Assembly (NCBI GenBank): GCA_030704615.1 | Contig: CM060731.1 | Location: 72,168,001 to 72,232,000 of the forward strand | Origin: Takakia lepidozioides | Lineage: Eukaryota > Plantae > Bryophyta | Direction: 5' to 3' | Length of the DNA stretch: 64,000 nucleotides | Shown here: positions 29,170 through 44,720 of the stretch, in pieces | Layout: every line of letters begins with the position of its first letter | How positions within the stretch are numbered: the stretch's first letter is position 1 | The notes under the pieces: model-generated | The model's input: the letters and a program-made list of their open reading frames with translations, nothing else | Databases searched by the model: none | Told to the model about the DNA's origin: nothing | Made by a program: the position numbers and the translations under genes

Positions 29170-29688
29170 TTACGAAACTAACCAAATTCCTACGTGGAAT
29201 TTCCCGGCGTTTCTATTGGTTGGGTCCCACATGTCCGGCCAAATTGGGGTAGCAACATTTTCTTGTTTATCTTTGTTTTCGTGGTTCTCGGCTCGTCGCT
29301 CTTCCTCCTCCGATCGCTGGCCTTGGCTAATCTGTTGTCTGTCAGATTCATGGTTCTTCCAGGGGCTGGTAATTAGGAGCGCAGTGAAGTGATTTGCGTC
29401 TTCTCTTGAAATTTTTGGTAATTGGAAGCTCGTTGGCGTTAGTTCGATCTAACTTTCAGTCTGTGGGACTCTCATTTTGCTGGCAAGGAGTGTTGTTCGG
29501 AAGTTTACTCAAGTCAGGTCAATCCGTCTCAGAGCGCTTTAGGAGGAGTGGAAGTTGGGAGCTCAGTGACTGTATATTAACTTGTTTAAGTTTTGAGCTC
29601 AAATTGTAGCTATGCAAGACTTGTGAGGATACTGAATTTGTGGAGTCGACTTCTCCGGTAGCCTCCTGTGTGCTGTTACTCATCTACA

Positions 29689-32600
29689 ATGCAGACAGGG
29701 GGAGTATTTTTGAACTCGGTGCGAGCAAGAATACAACTAAAGCCCGTCATTTATTTTGAAAAAGCTGTTTCTTCACAGCAAGTTATTAACAGTGTCGGGA
29801 GCCTGAGGCGATTTGTCGGTCCTGGTGTGGCGTTTCAAAGAAGTCCATTCGTTGCAACTCCGGAAACCGCTTCTGTGAAGTACACGCCTATGACCTCTGT
29901 GCGGGCAGCCACGACGGATAATGGAAGCAATACTGGTGTGTTCGTGTTATGCTTGAATTGCATCATCTCACCTTCTCATCAATTTTGGCTGGTTTGACAA
30001 GGTGTTGGAAGTTGCCGTCACAGTTTCGCGAATATTGACTGAGGGTGGAGGGGCACAATATCATTGCAATAGCACAATTTATGGCTGACAATCGAGCGTT
30101 TCTCTGCTCCAATTTGGATATGCGCGAATATCCTGCAACTTTGAGTTCAAGGATTGGACTTGATGCAGAGAATTGGCGTGGCTCGCATTGTGTGCAGGAA
30201 AGTCTGTAGCACCCGCACCCTTCTTGAACGATGCTGCAAAGCTCATTGACAATGTTGAGACATTCATCTTTGATTGTGATGGTTAGTTCTTCCCTCACCT
30301 GTGAAATTGCTTCTGATAACTGACAATCGATGTCAAAATAGCTAATTAGATTTCAATCAGGATAAACATTCAAAGCAATTTGAAATGCCGTTTGGACCCC
30401 AAAAGACCGCAACCATCTAAATACCCCTGAGAATATCTCTGGGATCATACTCCTGGATTGGAATGAAATGGGCCTTAGATCAAATGCTCGTTACTTCTAC
30501 ACCCAGTGGCAGCACCACATCCTCGTTTAGGACATTGCCTACACCTGCACATGTGGCTTCTTTTTGTGTGTTGGGGAGCAGCTGGCCATGCCATCCATAA
30601 GAATTGTGAAGCTCATCTTTATGTCTTTTTGTAGCTTCCACTGAGGCTATGGCTGAAAAAAATACACCATAAACATCTGTTTTTAATCTTCACCCTTTCT
30701 GTTCAGAGTTTTCTCTTCACTCACAGAGCTGCTGTCTCAGACAGCTATTGCTGTCAATATTCATGCATGCATGGACCCATCCTTGAAAAGATCCTTCATT
30801 ACCTCTTCTTCAAAATTTTAGCATTTATTTTGTCTCTGTGAAGGTGTCATAAGTCGGACTAGGACAGTGCAGCAGAAGCTCCAGCTTTCCTTGTAGTGCA
30901 ACATCAATGCAACCTCTGGTCATATGTCAAACCTACTGTTGACTTGCGTTCCCAGGAGATGTGTTCCATTTACATTTACATATTATTGTTGCGGCTATGA
31001 ATTGGTCCTGCTCTGACTGACAACTGCGACTCTCTCGCAAGGCTTTCTCCTGAATCTTCTTTTGGCTCTTCTTGCAGGAGTAATCTGGAAAGGTGATGTT
31101 TTGATTGATGGAGTTCCGGAGACCCTAGACCTGCTTCGTGCCATGGTTTGTGATCTTCATTGCCACTGAATCTTGCTAGGCCAAATGGACCTGCATGTGC
31201 TACAATGTGTACATCAGATGTCACTGACCATTATGCTGCTCATTTGGTCTTATTAGAAGGACAGAGACCAGGAGGTATTGACTAGCAGCAGATAGGGAGG
31301 GAGAGAAGTGGGGGCGCATGGTAGAGTTTTGAGCTGGAAGAGACAGAGGGAGAGGAAGGGATGTTAGAGTGATTGAGCCAGATGCAAGTGAATAATTGGC
31401 GGCTAAATGTTGCAGATGAGGTGTGATATTTTAAAGCTTTGGAATAAAGTCCGGGGGGGGGGGGGGCTGGCAGGGCAAGAGACTAGTGTTTGTGACGAAT
31501 AACTCGACCAAATCAAGGAAGCAATATGGCAAGAAATTCGAGTCACTAGGATTAAATGTGACCGAGGTAATGTGTCCTGGTTTATTTTCATTCCTTGAAA
31601 AATGTTTACTCGATGATATGTGTCGGGCCTCGGCATCTGATCTTTCCTGTCCACCAAAGCTGTACAGTGAGTGAGCTGTACCAGATTTGCTATGCCACAG
31701 GACGAGATATTTGCTTCATCGTTTGCGGCAGCTGCGTACCTGAAATCGATCAACTTTCCTTCAGAAAAGAAGGTTAGTTCTGGAAGTAACGGGGAACCCT
31801 TAAGGGCTAATGGAGGCACCTTGAATTCCCTGGATTGTTTTTCACTGTTTGAATGTGCATTCGTCCAGTGCCAAGACTCATAGTGAAGGGTCATGAAACT
31901 CCAGTGCACACCTGGAGTAGTCATTAAACCTTTCCTTCTGCAGCTGTGAGCTTTCGCTTCACCCCTACTTGCAAACATCCTCACCAGTAGTTCGATATTC
32001 TCCTGGGCCCTCCCTTAGTAATACTCTTCCCCATCTTCTGAATTGAAGTTTATTTTGCTGACATGAACCACTGAACATTGAAGGAGCGTAAAGAGAGATT
32101 GATGGGACAAAGCAGGCCATCTGGGTGCATATCTTGACTGAATTTTACGGGTATGGGGATATGCAAAACAGGTATATATAATTGGTGAAGTTGGTATTCA
32201 ATTGGAGCTTGGACAAGCTGGCATCCAGTTCATTGGAGGCCCTGTACTCCACTTGCCCCTTTCGACCAATTTTAGCATAAAGTTACTTAAGACGTGACAT
32301 TGCAGGCTTGCTGGATCACTCGTTACCTTGTATTGATGTGTTAGCATGCTCCTGTAAGTCTTTGTCTCAGGGTTTTGCCTCTGGCCGATTTCTAACTGTT
32401 CTGAGTGTCTGGCTGGGACTTTCTATATTTGTCCATCTTTTGGATGACGATGTCTGAGAAAATATTTGACAGGTGACATGCTACCTGCTATTGGACTGTG
32501 GGATGCCAGGAAGATGGTGAAAAGGAAATAGTCCTAGCTCCAGGTCAGCTCATGGAGCATGACCATGATGTAGGTTGTCTATTCATACTTGTCATATTTT

Positions 32601-34915
32601 ACAATCCCCCCCACACTTGGCTTTGTGAATATTATTGAATCTCAGCTAGAGTTCTTCTTCATATACGTCCTGAATTTCTCAACTTCCCCTCCGAGGTTTC
32701 ACACTCCCATTTCTTTTTTACAACCGATGGGTTCATGTAGCTACATTGACCTCAAGTCACTGGGGGCCTTCACTTTCTTCAATAAGACTCGACATCTTTG
32801 CGGGGTTCTGCTATTGTTTGTCTGGATAAACCCTTATATGGAGCACAACATAACATCCTACAGTGTCTCTCCTTTGAGCTAACCCGGAGGTATGTTATCT
32901 GTGCAGGTGGGGGCCGTGGTGGTTGGGTTCGATAGGTACATCAACTACTACAAACTTCAGTAAGTCTCCAACTTTTGCCTCACCTGGCCTGGTATGGAAA
33001 ATTCTTAGTGTTCCAAGCAACATTGTCCCATGAAGGGTGTGTTTTGGATGGACCAAAAATGGGGAACAAAGTATATATGAAGAGGGCCTACTGCTGATGG
33101 TTCACTCCAGTAGTGAAACTTGCAGCTGTAGATGAAGTCAGCTTGGCCTGTGATTCTTCTGTCCAGAAGCAGCCTAAGTAGCACTACAGCTGACTTGGCC
33201 TCAAGACTCTCAGATTGAAAAGAGGTCACAATCACCAGAATGCATTTAGAGGGGCTGTTTTTACAGAATACTGTTTGCTAGTCTTGAACTTCCTATCCAA
33301 GCTGTGTGTTCTGCTCCTAATCCAATTCACACTGAAATCCTCCAAATCCATATCACAAAGAATATCTGGAATGGGAACAGGTATGCGACATTGTGCGTCC
33401 GGGAAAATCCAGGGTGTCTGTTCATTGCCACCAACTGTGATGCTGTCACGCATCTTACTGATGCTCAAGAGTGGGCAGGCACTCTCTCTCCCTCTCCTTC
33501 TACATCTAGACGTCTTATGTGTACATTCTCTTTCTACATCTAGAAGGCTAGAGCTGGAGTGCTGAAATCAACCACATACTTGCTAATATGCTGTCAATGC
33601 CAGGGCATAGATGAAAAATCAAATGAAGAGCACACCCCCAGATACTGTCAAACTAATAGAAGGAAACATAGGTTACTTTACACCTAGAACATTTCGTATT
33701 TCACCCAAATAGAATGTGTGGCAGTTAACTTGTTTGATCACACCGAGGAGTTGAGAGGCAGGATGCTTTTTGGGATCAGGAGGAGGCTCAATGGTTGGAG
33801 CCATCAAGGGTTCTACAAGTAAGGAGCCGGTGATGGTGGGCAAGCCTTCCACGTTCATGATGGATTATCTTGCCTCAGAGTAAGGTCCTCCCATCCTTCT
33901 GTTGGCTTCATGGTTATTTTTTACCCAACCGTTGTGACCATAGGCATCCTCAGCATGGGAAATCTTCCGCTCTTCTCAATCTTGCTTATCCTCAACAAGC
34001 GTAGATTTTGGAGGGTACTAGTATATTGAGACTTGGTCTCAGCAGTAGCTTGCAGAGTTGCTTATCTGGATAATAGAGCTGTGGCCAGGTTGCTTGCAAT
34101 GTTCCTAAAGGGGTATGAAGGACATTTTGGAGGGCCATCTGCTGTGGGTCTGAAGCAGCTTTCAGCCTCTGATGGACTCTCTTGACCTTCAAGCTCTCTT
34201 CATGTAAAGATTCAAGGTTTTTTCTTGGGCTGCTGTTATGCCAGTATGTATCAGCCTTTCTCTACCAATGGTCAAAGACACAGGTCTGCTGAGTTGAAGG
34301 AGACTAAAGGGTCCATGTTCAAAGTCAACACTCTTTACTGTGGGATATGGTGTGACAGGTTCAAGATCAACAGGTCCCAGATCTGTATGGTGGGTGACAG
34401 GCTGGATACTGACATTCTCTTTGGCCAGAATGGAGGCTGCAAAACACTTCTTGTTCTCTCTGGTGCACACCACTCCCTTCATCCCCCCCTACAAAATGGT
34501 TGCAAGGTCTCTCTTTTTGATCAAGGGTCAAACTTCACCATTTTGATGAGTCGGTTTGTGTGCGAGTTGGATTAGGGGAACCAGAAGATGATAGACTCTG
34601 GGCATCACCCTGGTAATTTAGAAAGAATCAAAGCTTGTTTTTCATCATAGACAACCTGGTCCTACAGAATCCTGCGGTGGATGACTAATTGTGAACTGTG
34701 ACCACCAATCAGCTGATCCTTATGTACAGAAGAACGTTTGAACATGTTCTCAAACATGTGATTTCAGTGTCTATGAAGTGCTGATAGGTGATTTTCTTCA
34801 TGCAGGAGTGACATCTTTGGAGACACTGCAAAGCCCTGACAATATCATCCAACCTGACTTCTACGCTAACCAGCTCTCAGACCTCCTTTCTGCCAAATCA
34901 CTTATCAGTGTTTGA
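29689..34915 (+). CDS. PGLP1: 2-phosphoglycolate phosphatase (HAD IIA) with N-terminal transit-like peptide, 12 exons
   Basis: Motifs: [72 protein letters not shown] and [13 protein letters not shown]. The stop is at 34913-34915; the start codon is inferred. Confidence 0.94.
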
Positions 34916-36201
34916 AACGTGCTCAACCTTTTCTGGAAGCATCTTTCTCACAAGGTCTCGAGGGAGAGGCGTCTGCCACTCATGGAAAGACCTCAGAATG
35001 CCTCCTCCTCCCTTTATGTAAGTAGACATTTGCACCACCGGCAGCCAGATTGCTGCATGTGAGAATCACTCATAATGCAGAAGCCCACATGAGGTATACG
35101 CACAACTTTATTTATTTGCAGCGCATTTATGATACATTCGTTTACTTCGCGTGGCCAACACATTACGCGTGATGGCACTGCGTGGATCATTTTCTCGAAG
35201 ACACGTGGAATGATGGTCACGTGTCATTTTCTTTTGCATAACTGTACTCTATTCGGAGGAGTTGACCAAAGACCTCCATCATACATAATAATTACACCTA
35301 TCTTTTGGGCCGCACCGCTCGACTAGGTGCTGCATTTTGGATTTCTCACAAACGATATCCCTTGTTTTCGTCGTATGGCTGCAGAGTCAGCCGAATAGCG
35401 GTTTTGATACCAACAAAATCCCAATGGGGACCCTCGACAGACGATCCCCGCTGCCAGTAGCTAAGGGTAAGGTCCAACGTCCCAATAACAACTGGAGGAT
35501 GGTCCTATTTTTGGGCATTGCAACCCTGCCATCACTGCCTACCTAATGCACCCACTACAGCGCGCGCACGACATGGTTTAGATGTCTAGATATCATCGTC
35601 TACCTTGTATTCACTTTCTCTGTGCATGTAGTGTGTAGCTAATGTGTAATCCCTTCTTTTGATGCGTCATGCGATGCTTGTCAGCGGGTCTCACAATGAA
35701 TGAAACAAGCGGCGACCTTTACGAACACCTACTAAGGGAGGGAATGATACCGAAAGAACCATATACAAGACTCGCCTAACGAGTGAAATTTAAAACTCTC
35801 AATAAAATAACAAAGGGTGTCTTTACTGATAGATGTTGGATTCGGGAGCTATCTTGACCCTACCAAAATAGAATGTCGGATCAGGACCTTTATAGAACCT
35901 AGCCTTAGCACATCGACGAAAGACCACAGACCATAGACCGTGGGACCAAATTGATTCCAAGCACTAAAATAAAATAAGTCTCCAGCAACAAACAAACAGT
36001 ATCATAATGCAGTGTCCAGGTTTGTGGGTTAGGTAGTGGTACTCCTACCCCACCCCATGTATGGCTTCTTGCAGGGCTATTTTTCCCTTGTCTTTTTAAT
36101 TTATCTGATTATCCCCTTTTTTAAATAAGAAAAACACAAAACGTGTGTAAAATGTAAGCTTCTTACCCACCAAAAAAAGGTCCATTTTGACTGCATATTA
36201 G

Positions 36202-36477
36202 AGTTATCCGCAAATTCCATCAACTCGACCCACTTCAAGGTGAAACTTGCGGGTTTCTAGGCATTTTTGTCGTATTCAACTCGGGTACAAACTCAAAACA
36301 CCTACCCCAAATGCACGACCCGGGAGTTTCGTCGTGAGTTTAGGGGTTTGGACGGACTCGCGAGAGCACCAATGCAACCCCTGCAAGTCCACCTCTTGTA
36401 TGTAACAAGTCCTAACAAATTTACGGTGGAAAACAAAACTCACTACGAAACTCACTGGGCTGCATTTACGGATAACT
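36202..36477. mobile_element. Putative MITE with 14-bp imperfect TIRs
   Basis: AGTTATCCGCAAAT (36202-36215) and ATTTACGGATAACT (36464-36477) are inverted with one mismatch. The TSD is not clean. Confidence 0.4.
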
Positions 36478-36684
36478 ATTGAATGCAATTTGTCCCCTTT
36501 CTTTAAAAAATAAAATAAAAAATAAATGCAATTTGTGTAATAAGTTATGGTTGTTTCTCTTTTTTGTTTTGTATTTTTAAAATAAAATTTAAGAAAAAAA
36601 GAGTTTTTTGCTTAAGCATTGAAAGACGAGGGGTGGCGGCGTGGCGGGGGAGGCAGATGCCAGCGAGGCGATACGGACGGATGG

Positions 36685-36700
36685 CATGCATGCATGCATG
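36685..36700. promoter_or_regulatory. RY repeat (CATG)4 upstream of the bZIP gene
   Basis: CATGCATGCATGCATG; RY motifs are bound by B3/ABI3-type factors. Confidence 0.4.
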
Positions 36701-36841
36701 GGAGGATGCGTGCCATGAGAGGCCTGCTTCTTGTAGGCTTCGTCCACACGCTGCTTTCGCTCTGACCTTCCTGCAGCCTGCCATCGCGCTGCACCCCACA
36801 ACCGTCACTCTACTCCCTCTCTCACTGCGCTCACCAACTCT

Positions 36842-36862
36842 CTGCTGCTGCTGCTGCTGCTG
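36842..36862 (+). repeat. (CTG)7 microsatellite in the probable bZIP 5' leader
   Basis: Read directly from the sequence. Confidence 0.9.
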
Positions 36863-37567
36863 CTCCTCTATCCATTTGTGGATTCCGGACTAACAAGCTC
36901 GGCAGTCTTTCACTGCCGTGATCTGGAAGTTTTCCGTCGCTTCTGCAGTCGGTAGGTTCGGGGCTTTGCAGAGAGGCGTTGAGAGTCTGTTTAGTGGTCT
37001 GGTGGATGTCTTGCAGTTCGAGTTTACGCCGGTGGCTGGATTGTAGGTTGGTGTGAGTATGCCGCAGGTTGTTGAGGTTTGTCGGGGTTCTTAGCTTTGC
37101 TTTTCACCTCTGCATTGTCCCCAGGAGTGTGGCGTGTTCTCATTGGGGTAGCTGTCGGTGCTTGTTGTGGCCGCTGGCTCTGCTTGCTTTGTGACTGATG
37201 GTTTCGTGCGTTTTCCTGCATTGACAAGACCGTCGATTCGGGGAAAGCTGTTGCGACGACTCTAAGTGCGACTTCAGGGCAAAAAGTGGGAGGAATGTTG
37301 CAATGTGGTGTGTGTAAGCAACGCTGGAACAGATTGAGGAGGCTTTGTGTGGTGTGCTTGTCCGATACAGGCATCCATTCACCAAGACAGCTCTGGATAC
37401 GCCGAACTCAGTGTGAGCCGTTCATCTCGGAAGCGATATAGCTTTTGGCTTGGTTGCGGGGTGCATAGTTTGGGAGCTTCAGCTTTTACATCGGGCTTAG
37501 AAAGAACAGAGGCAAGACGGAAGTGGAAGCTTGAAAGGTTAGGAAGTGACAGGTGCGAAGAACGGGA

Positions 37568-40111
<2,544 letters not shown>

Positions 40112-41534
40112 CAAATGGCAGAAATGGCTTAACTAACAGGTCACACTTTGCACAGGGCGCAACGATTGATGTCTGGGTTTTATAGTTTAGTGGTTGATTG
40201 GCAGTACTTTGTTGCATGCAATATCTAGGATGGGCGGTGTGACTGGGGATGTTCAATCCTTCATTTGTGGCACTCCCTACAACATGCACTTGGCAAACAT
40301 TTCTATGCCATAAAGTACTGTGAGTATTCCATTCACATTGCCAGCCTTGAGCTCCAGAAGCGTTCGACTTCGATGCAAGGCTTTGCAAGACTTCGATGGA
40401 AGGAGTGCCCATGGAAGGAAGTCTTTCAGAAACGTTGTATGGTCCCATGATGGCTGTCCCCTTTTGATCTTTCTCCTTTGTGTTCTGTTGAGGAAGAGGG
40501 GATATATGGGCCACAAACATGTCTAGGCCTTGCAGGGTAGGATGATTGTAGGAATTTCCCTTTGGATTTGGTAGCTAAACCCTTGGAGATTTCTGAGCCA
40601 TGCTCTCCTTCATGTCTGGGAGAGTTTGATACTAATATGATAAGTCTTATCAGATTATCTTTAGTTCACCGCATAATTCCAAAATTCGGATAAGAACTAT
40701 TATGCATGGGCTCTTGTCAAGAGACTGCATTTTATTCTGTAGAGCTCTCTGAGTTACTGTTAGGAATCACATGTGGGGACACTCGTTGTCGATGTATAGG
40801 TGGCAGGATTTTGCACATTGGCTACTTGCTAAGTCCATAGCCTAGTTTGATGAACAGTGATTCACTACTTTTCTGCTGAATGTGTCAATAGTTTGCCCCA
40901 CTCAAGGAACTTGATAGTGATTTCATGTGGTCTCTGTAATTCCTGGATAAAGCTGCAAGCAGATCTCACATTGAAGCAACAAACTAAAAACTGAACAACT
41001 ATGGGGTTTTGAAATTGATGTAATTGGTTGACCACAAAGTGAGAGTTGCGAACATTCGAAGCTGTTGGTCACACTCTTTGGTAGGTTAAATGTAGAGCTC
41101 TCTCCCAACCAATTCATGTATCCATATTAGTGACCCTAACAAGAGCAGTATGGACAGCTTGTTATACCTTAAAAGGATGAGCTATTTTTTGTTGGGCCCA
41201 CTAATAAAGGGTGCATACCCTTATGGACGAGGGTGTAACTTCTTATCCCCAATCATCCATGGATGAACCTTATACTTATGTGCATATTTACTAGATCCAT
41301 GTCCTAGCGAAAATGTGAAATTTGGGGGGTAACTTATCTTGTTTTGGCTTCTTTCCCAAGTACACCCGTGAGGTGACATTTGTTTTCCAATTCCTCTGGA
41401 AAGTACGTGCACACTACCATTTCATGGTGCCTTGTCCAAATTTTTTGGCATTATGATAAATTTTCAGCCCTAGATGTTATCTTTAAGATTGCCCATTTGG
41501 CTGCCACGTAGGCAGGTCAACGGTGCTCTAACAT

Positions 41535-41581
41535 TGGATTTCCTGGAACCTGGCACTTTGCAAAATTCTAGGGAGCAGAGC
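41535..41581 (+). repeat. 47-bp direct repeat, left copy (flanks NUMT)
   Basis: TGGATTTCCTGGAACCTGGCACTTTGCAAAATTCTAGGGAGCAGAGC, identical to 42481-42527. Confidence 0.95.
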
Positions 41582-41700
41582 GTTTATGTTCTTTACTAGT
41601 TTTTTTTATTCGTATTCCTCCCGGAAAAGACACCGATTAGTAGCATTGAATCCCTTCTATGGTTCCACATGAAAACCAATGAAGAGATAACCTACATGTC

Positions 41701-42480
41701 CAGATCCAAATGTAGGTATACTTCATTCATTCGCTATATCTTCTCCAGGTGTTTATGGGATCATTACGGCGGGTCGGTCTAGTAATCCCAAATATGCATT
41801 ACGATCCATAGCTCAAATGGTTTCTTATGAAGTTTCTATCGGTCCTATTATTATTACTGTACCAATCCGTGTAGGTTCTCGTAATTTCAGTGAGATTATG
41901 AAAGCAGATATGGTTTGGCATTCCCTCGTTTCCTGTATTTATTATGTCTTTTATTTCCCGTCCAGCAGAAACTAATTGAGCTCCTTTTGATCTACCAAAA
42001 GCAGAAGCTGAATCGGTCGCAGGCTATAATGTAGAATATTCTCCAATGGGTTTTGCTCCTTCTCTTCCAGGGGAATATGCTAATATGATCTTAATGAGGT
42101 GCGGAGCTTTGCATCTGATACTTGTTGGGCTTCAGTCCTCTGCAGGAGCCAGTGTCCCCTCAAGGGCCTTGTGCAGTAAATCCCTCCGGGCGACCCGAAG
42201 ACTAGTAGGTCCCGCGAAGCTTTCGGAGAGGGGTAGCCTTGGTGTGTGAGCACAGCAACAAACCGTGAACCCATTGGATGACCTATCCAAGATTAGGGGG
42301 ATATCCTAAGTGAGTACCTCGTAACTCCTCCCCAGACCTATACGTGTACTGAATGCTCATACGGGAAAGTGCGCTCCTAGGTCTGGAACGAGGGAGGGTT
42401 GCCCTGAGAAAAGACTTCTCGTCTCATCCAGGGGGTGCGGACACACTTGCGCGGATTACAGGTGACAGCTACAGGGATGG
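41701..42480 (+). pseudogene. nad1: NUMT: mitochondrial nad1 exon (41701-42098) plus the 5' part of group II intron nad1i728 (from 42099)
   Basis: Translation gives [43 protein letters not shown], followed by the group II 5' splice site GTGCG (GTGCGGAGCTTTGCATCTGA). It carries small deletions and an in-frame TGA. Confidence 0.93.
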
Positions 42481-42527
42481 TGGATTTCCTGGAACCTGGC
42501 ACTTTGCAAAATTCTAGGGAGCAGAGC
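42481..42527 (+). repeat. 47-bp direct repeat, right copy (flanks NUMT)
   Basis: Identical to 41535-41581. Confidence 0.95.
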
Positions 42528-42720
42528 TTTTATGATTTTTTGGTGCTGTAAATTCCCACATGTGCTCCTCTATGACATCTACAATTCTTCTTCAAGGTTC
42601 GTTTCCATCCACTATCATCCATGGAAATTGGAGCGTGGCAAGTAAACAGATGCGACCCGATTCGGGTCGCGTAGTCCTTTAAGGGGTTATTATACTGAGT
42701 TCATGTGGCAAATCAGAGTA

Positions 42721-43361
42721 CAGTAGGTTCGTAGCAGATTAGACACAAATTAAATTTATAAAAAAAGTGCCTAAGAAAATCTGTGATTTTTCGAGATTTA
42801 TGCCTGAAAGTTGGAAAAATAATATGAAAGTGCCTAATTCAGTAAAATTGTCTAAAAAAATGCTACTCAATATAATTTCTATTGAAAACAAAAAACAAAT
42901 GTCTCTATAAATGTTCAAAAGTATAGGCCATCTCCCTAGGTCCATACAACCTCCAAAGGACCTTCCAATGAGTCTCGAACCCCTTGCATATGCTCATCAT
43001 TGAAGTCTTCATCCTCATTCAAGTCAAGTACATCTGAGTCTTCAATGTGCAAATTTCCAAGGCAGCAACTCATGCTCTCCACCACCTCAACATCAAGATA
43101 AAAATCTAGTACCTCTGCAACTAAGAGTACATTCCACTTCCACTTGAAGAGCTCTGGCTGTAAACAAAGGCTCTGTAGCCTCACAGTGAAACTGAATAAG
43201 GGTGACATAACAAAAAAGCAGGTAACATTTATCTAGGGTTGACTGTAATACATGCCTACTAATGTTTGGAAAATACCTAGGTAAGGTGCCTAAATAATAA
43301 AAACGAAACTGCCTAATAATATTCCAAATTTAATAATTATTAGGCTGCTCTGAACCTACGG
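42721..43361. mobile_element. Non-autonomous TIR element with TA flanks (Tc1/mariner/pogo-like)
   Basis: TA|CAGTAGGTTCGTAGCAG ... CTGCTCTGAACCTACGG|TA, inverted at 14/17. TGCCTA motifs recur internally. Confidence 0.55.
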
Positions 43362-43871
43362 TAGATGAAGGGAGGGCTGAGGGCCCCATGATTTATTTCC
43401 ATGGCCCCACAACGCAGTCTTGGCATCCAACATCACAAAAGTGAGTAGGAGCTCAAGTTGATGCCGTGTGGGGACACTATCAAGTGCAATGGTGAGCCAT
43501 AAGTTAGATATGAAAGCAGTTACAACAGCTCAGGATCTTGTGAGCAATCAGCCCACATCAAGACCATCAAATCCCTCTGAAGCTTTATTGCATAACAACA
43601 AAAAGAGATGATCTCCCAGGCTCCTGGCCAGGCAAGTTTTTTTTTTTTTTTTTGTGTGTGTTTTTTTTTAAGGGCAACACCTGGGAGCGACAGCTCACAA
43701 CTTATCAGGCCCATTTTCTTGTTTCCCCGTAGAAAAACATTTGTAAGGATAAAATAAAAAATGGATACATATTTTTTTCTCCTCTTTCTATAGAATGGAA
43801 CATTTCTTGAATTTCTTTTTTGGAAAAGTGACAAAGGCCATGAACGATAGACTCTTGATAAGCAAGGAATA

Positions 43872-44140
43872 AGCTAAGTCCAAGTGTAATGTCCATCAAC
43901 TAAGTCCAAGTGCAATCCCCCACGTCTCGTATGTTGAGGCCCAAGTGCTACCTCTAGGGTAGCGTGTGAAATCTAAGACCAAGTGCAATTTCATATATAT
44001 CCAAGTGCATCTCCCATATCAAGGCCCTAATGTCCACTGTCATCTAAGCCCAAGTGCAATCTCCAATGTATCGAAGTGCGTCTCTTATACATGTAGAGGC
44101 CCAAGTGCGAGTCTAATGTCATTAAAGTCCAAGTGCAATC
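43872..44140 (+). repeat. Array of about 9 CCAAGTG(C) motifs separated by variable spacers
   Basis: Cores lie near 43880, 43906, 43941, 43979, 44001, 44050, 44073 (variant), 44101 and 44129. Confidence 0.85.
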
Positions 44141-44149
44141 CCCTATGCT

Positions 44150-44550
44150 CCAAAGACCCTACAATTTGGGAGATGTCCGCGTCATTGTTCCACCAAAGCC
44201 CACTTTGCTATTTTTGCAATCTCCCCTCTGGAGGCTTCATATATTGATATATCCACTTTGCTATTTTTTCTGAATTTCCAGCCACCAAAAGTACTTGAAA
44301 TTCCAAATCTGACATGTGAAGGGCCAATCCCTGCTCCAAAAAAGCTCACTTTGCTATTTTTCCCGAATTTCCAACAACCCAAAGCACTTGAAATTCCACA
44401 TCTTCCGCAGGTCCAAAAATCATGAGACCAAGCCGGTGCACCCTCCTTATCGAGGGCTTTCCAACGGCACCGAACACCCAGCCTCGCGGTTTGGGAGATC
44501 TCAACGACGCTACAAACAAAACAAAACAAACGGCTCGATTCATATATTGA
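44150..44550 (-). mobile_element. Putative non-autonomous Helitron-like 5' end(s)
   Basis: A|TCAATATATGAA occurs twice on the minus strand (ends at 44550 and 44247). CACTTTGCTATTTTT is present three times, with a (CAAAA)n tract. No 3' hairpin or CTAG was identified. Confidence 0.35.
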
Positions 44551-44720
44551 TAAACCTTGCAGGAAAGCCGCAAAGTCCTACAAGGAGTCTGGAGACACTG
44601 CTCCGAGAATATTTAGTTATTTATATTTTTTTATTTAGTTCTGAAATTGAAGATATCTAAGAAGACCAAAAATTAACCATCTGGCGTCCAGGCATCCAAC
44701 GGCTAGAAAAGACAGGAGGA

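Noticed and set aside
41582-41700. sdh4 or nad1i287 intron sequence at the 5' end of the NUMT
   Set aside because: There is no group II domain V/VI and only vague peptide similarity, so it was left unassigned.
43872-44140. CRISPR array
   Set aside because: The repeat core is only 8-15 bp, spacing is irregular, there are no cas genes and the context is eukaryotic.
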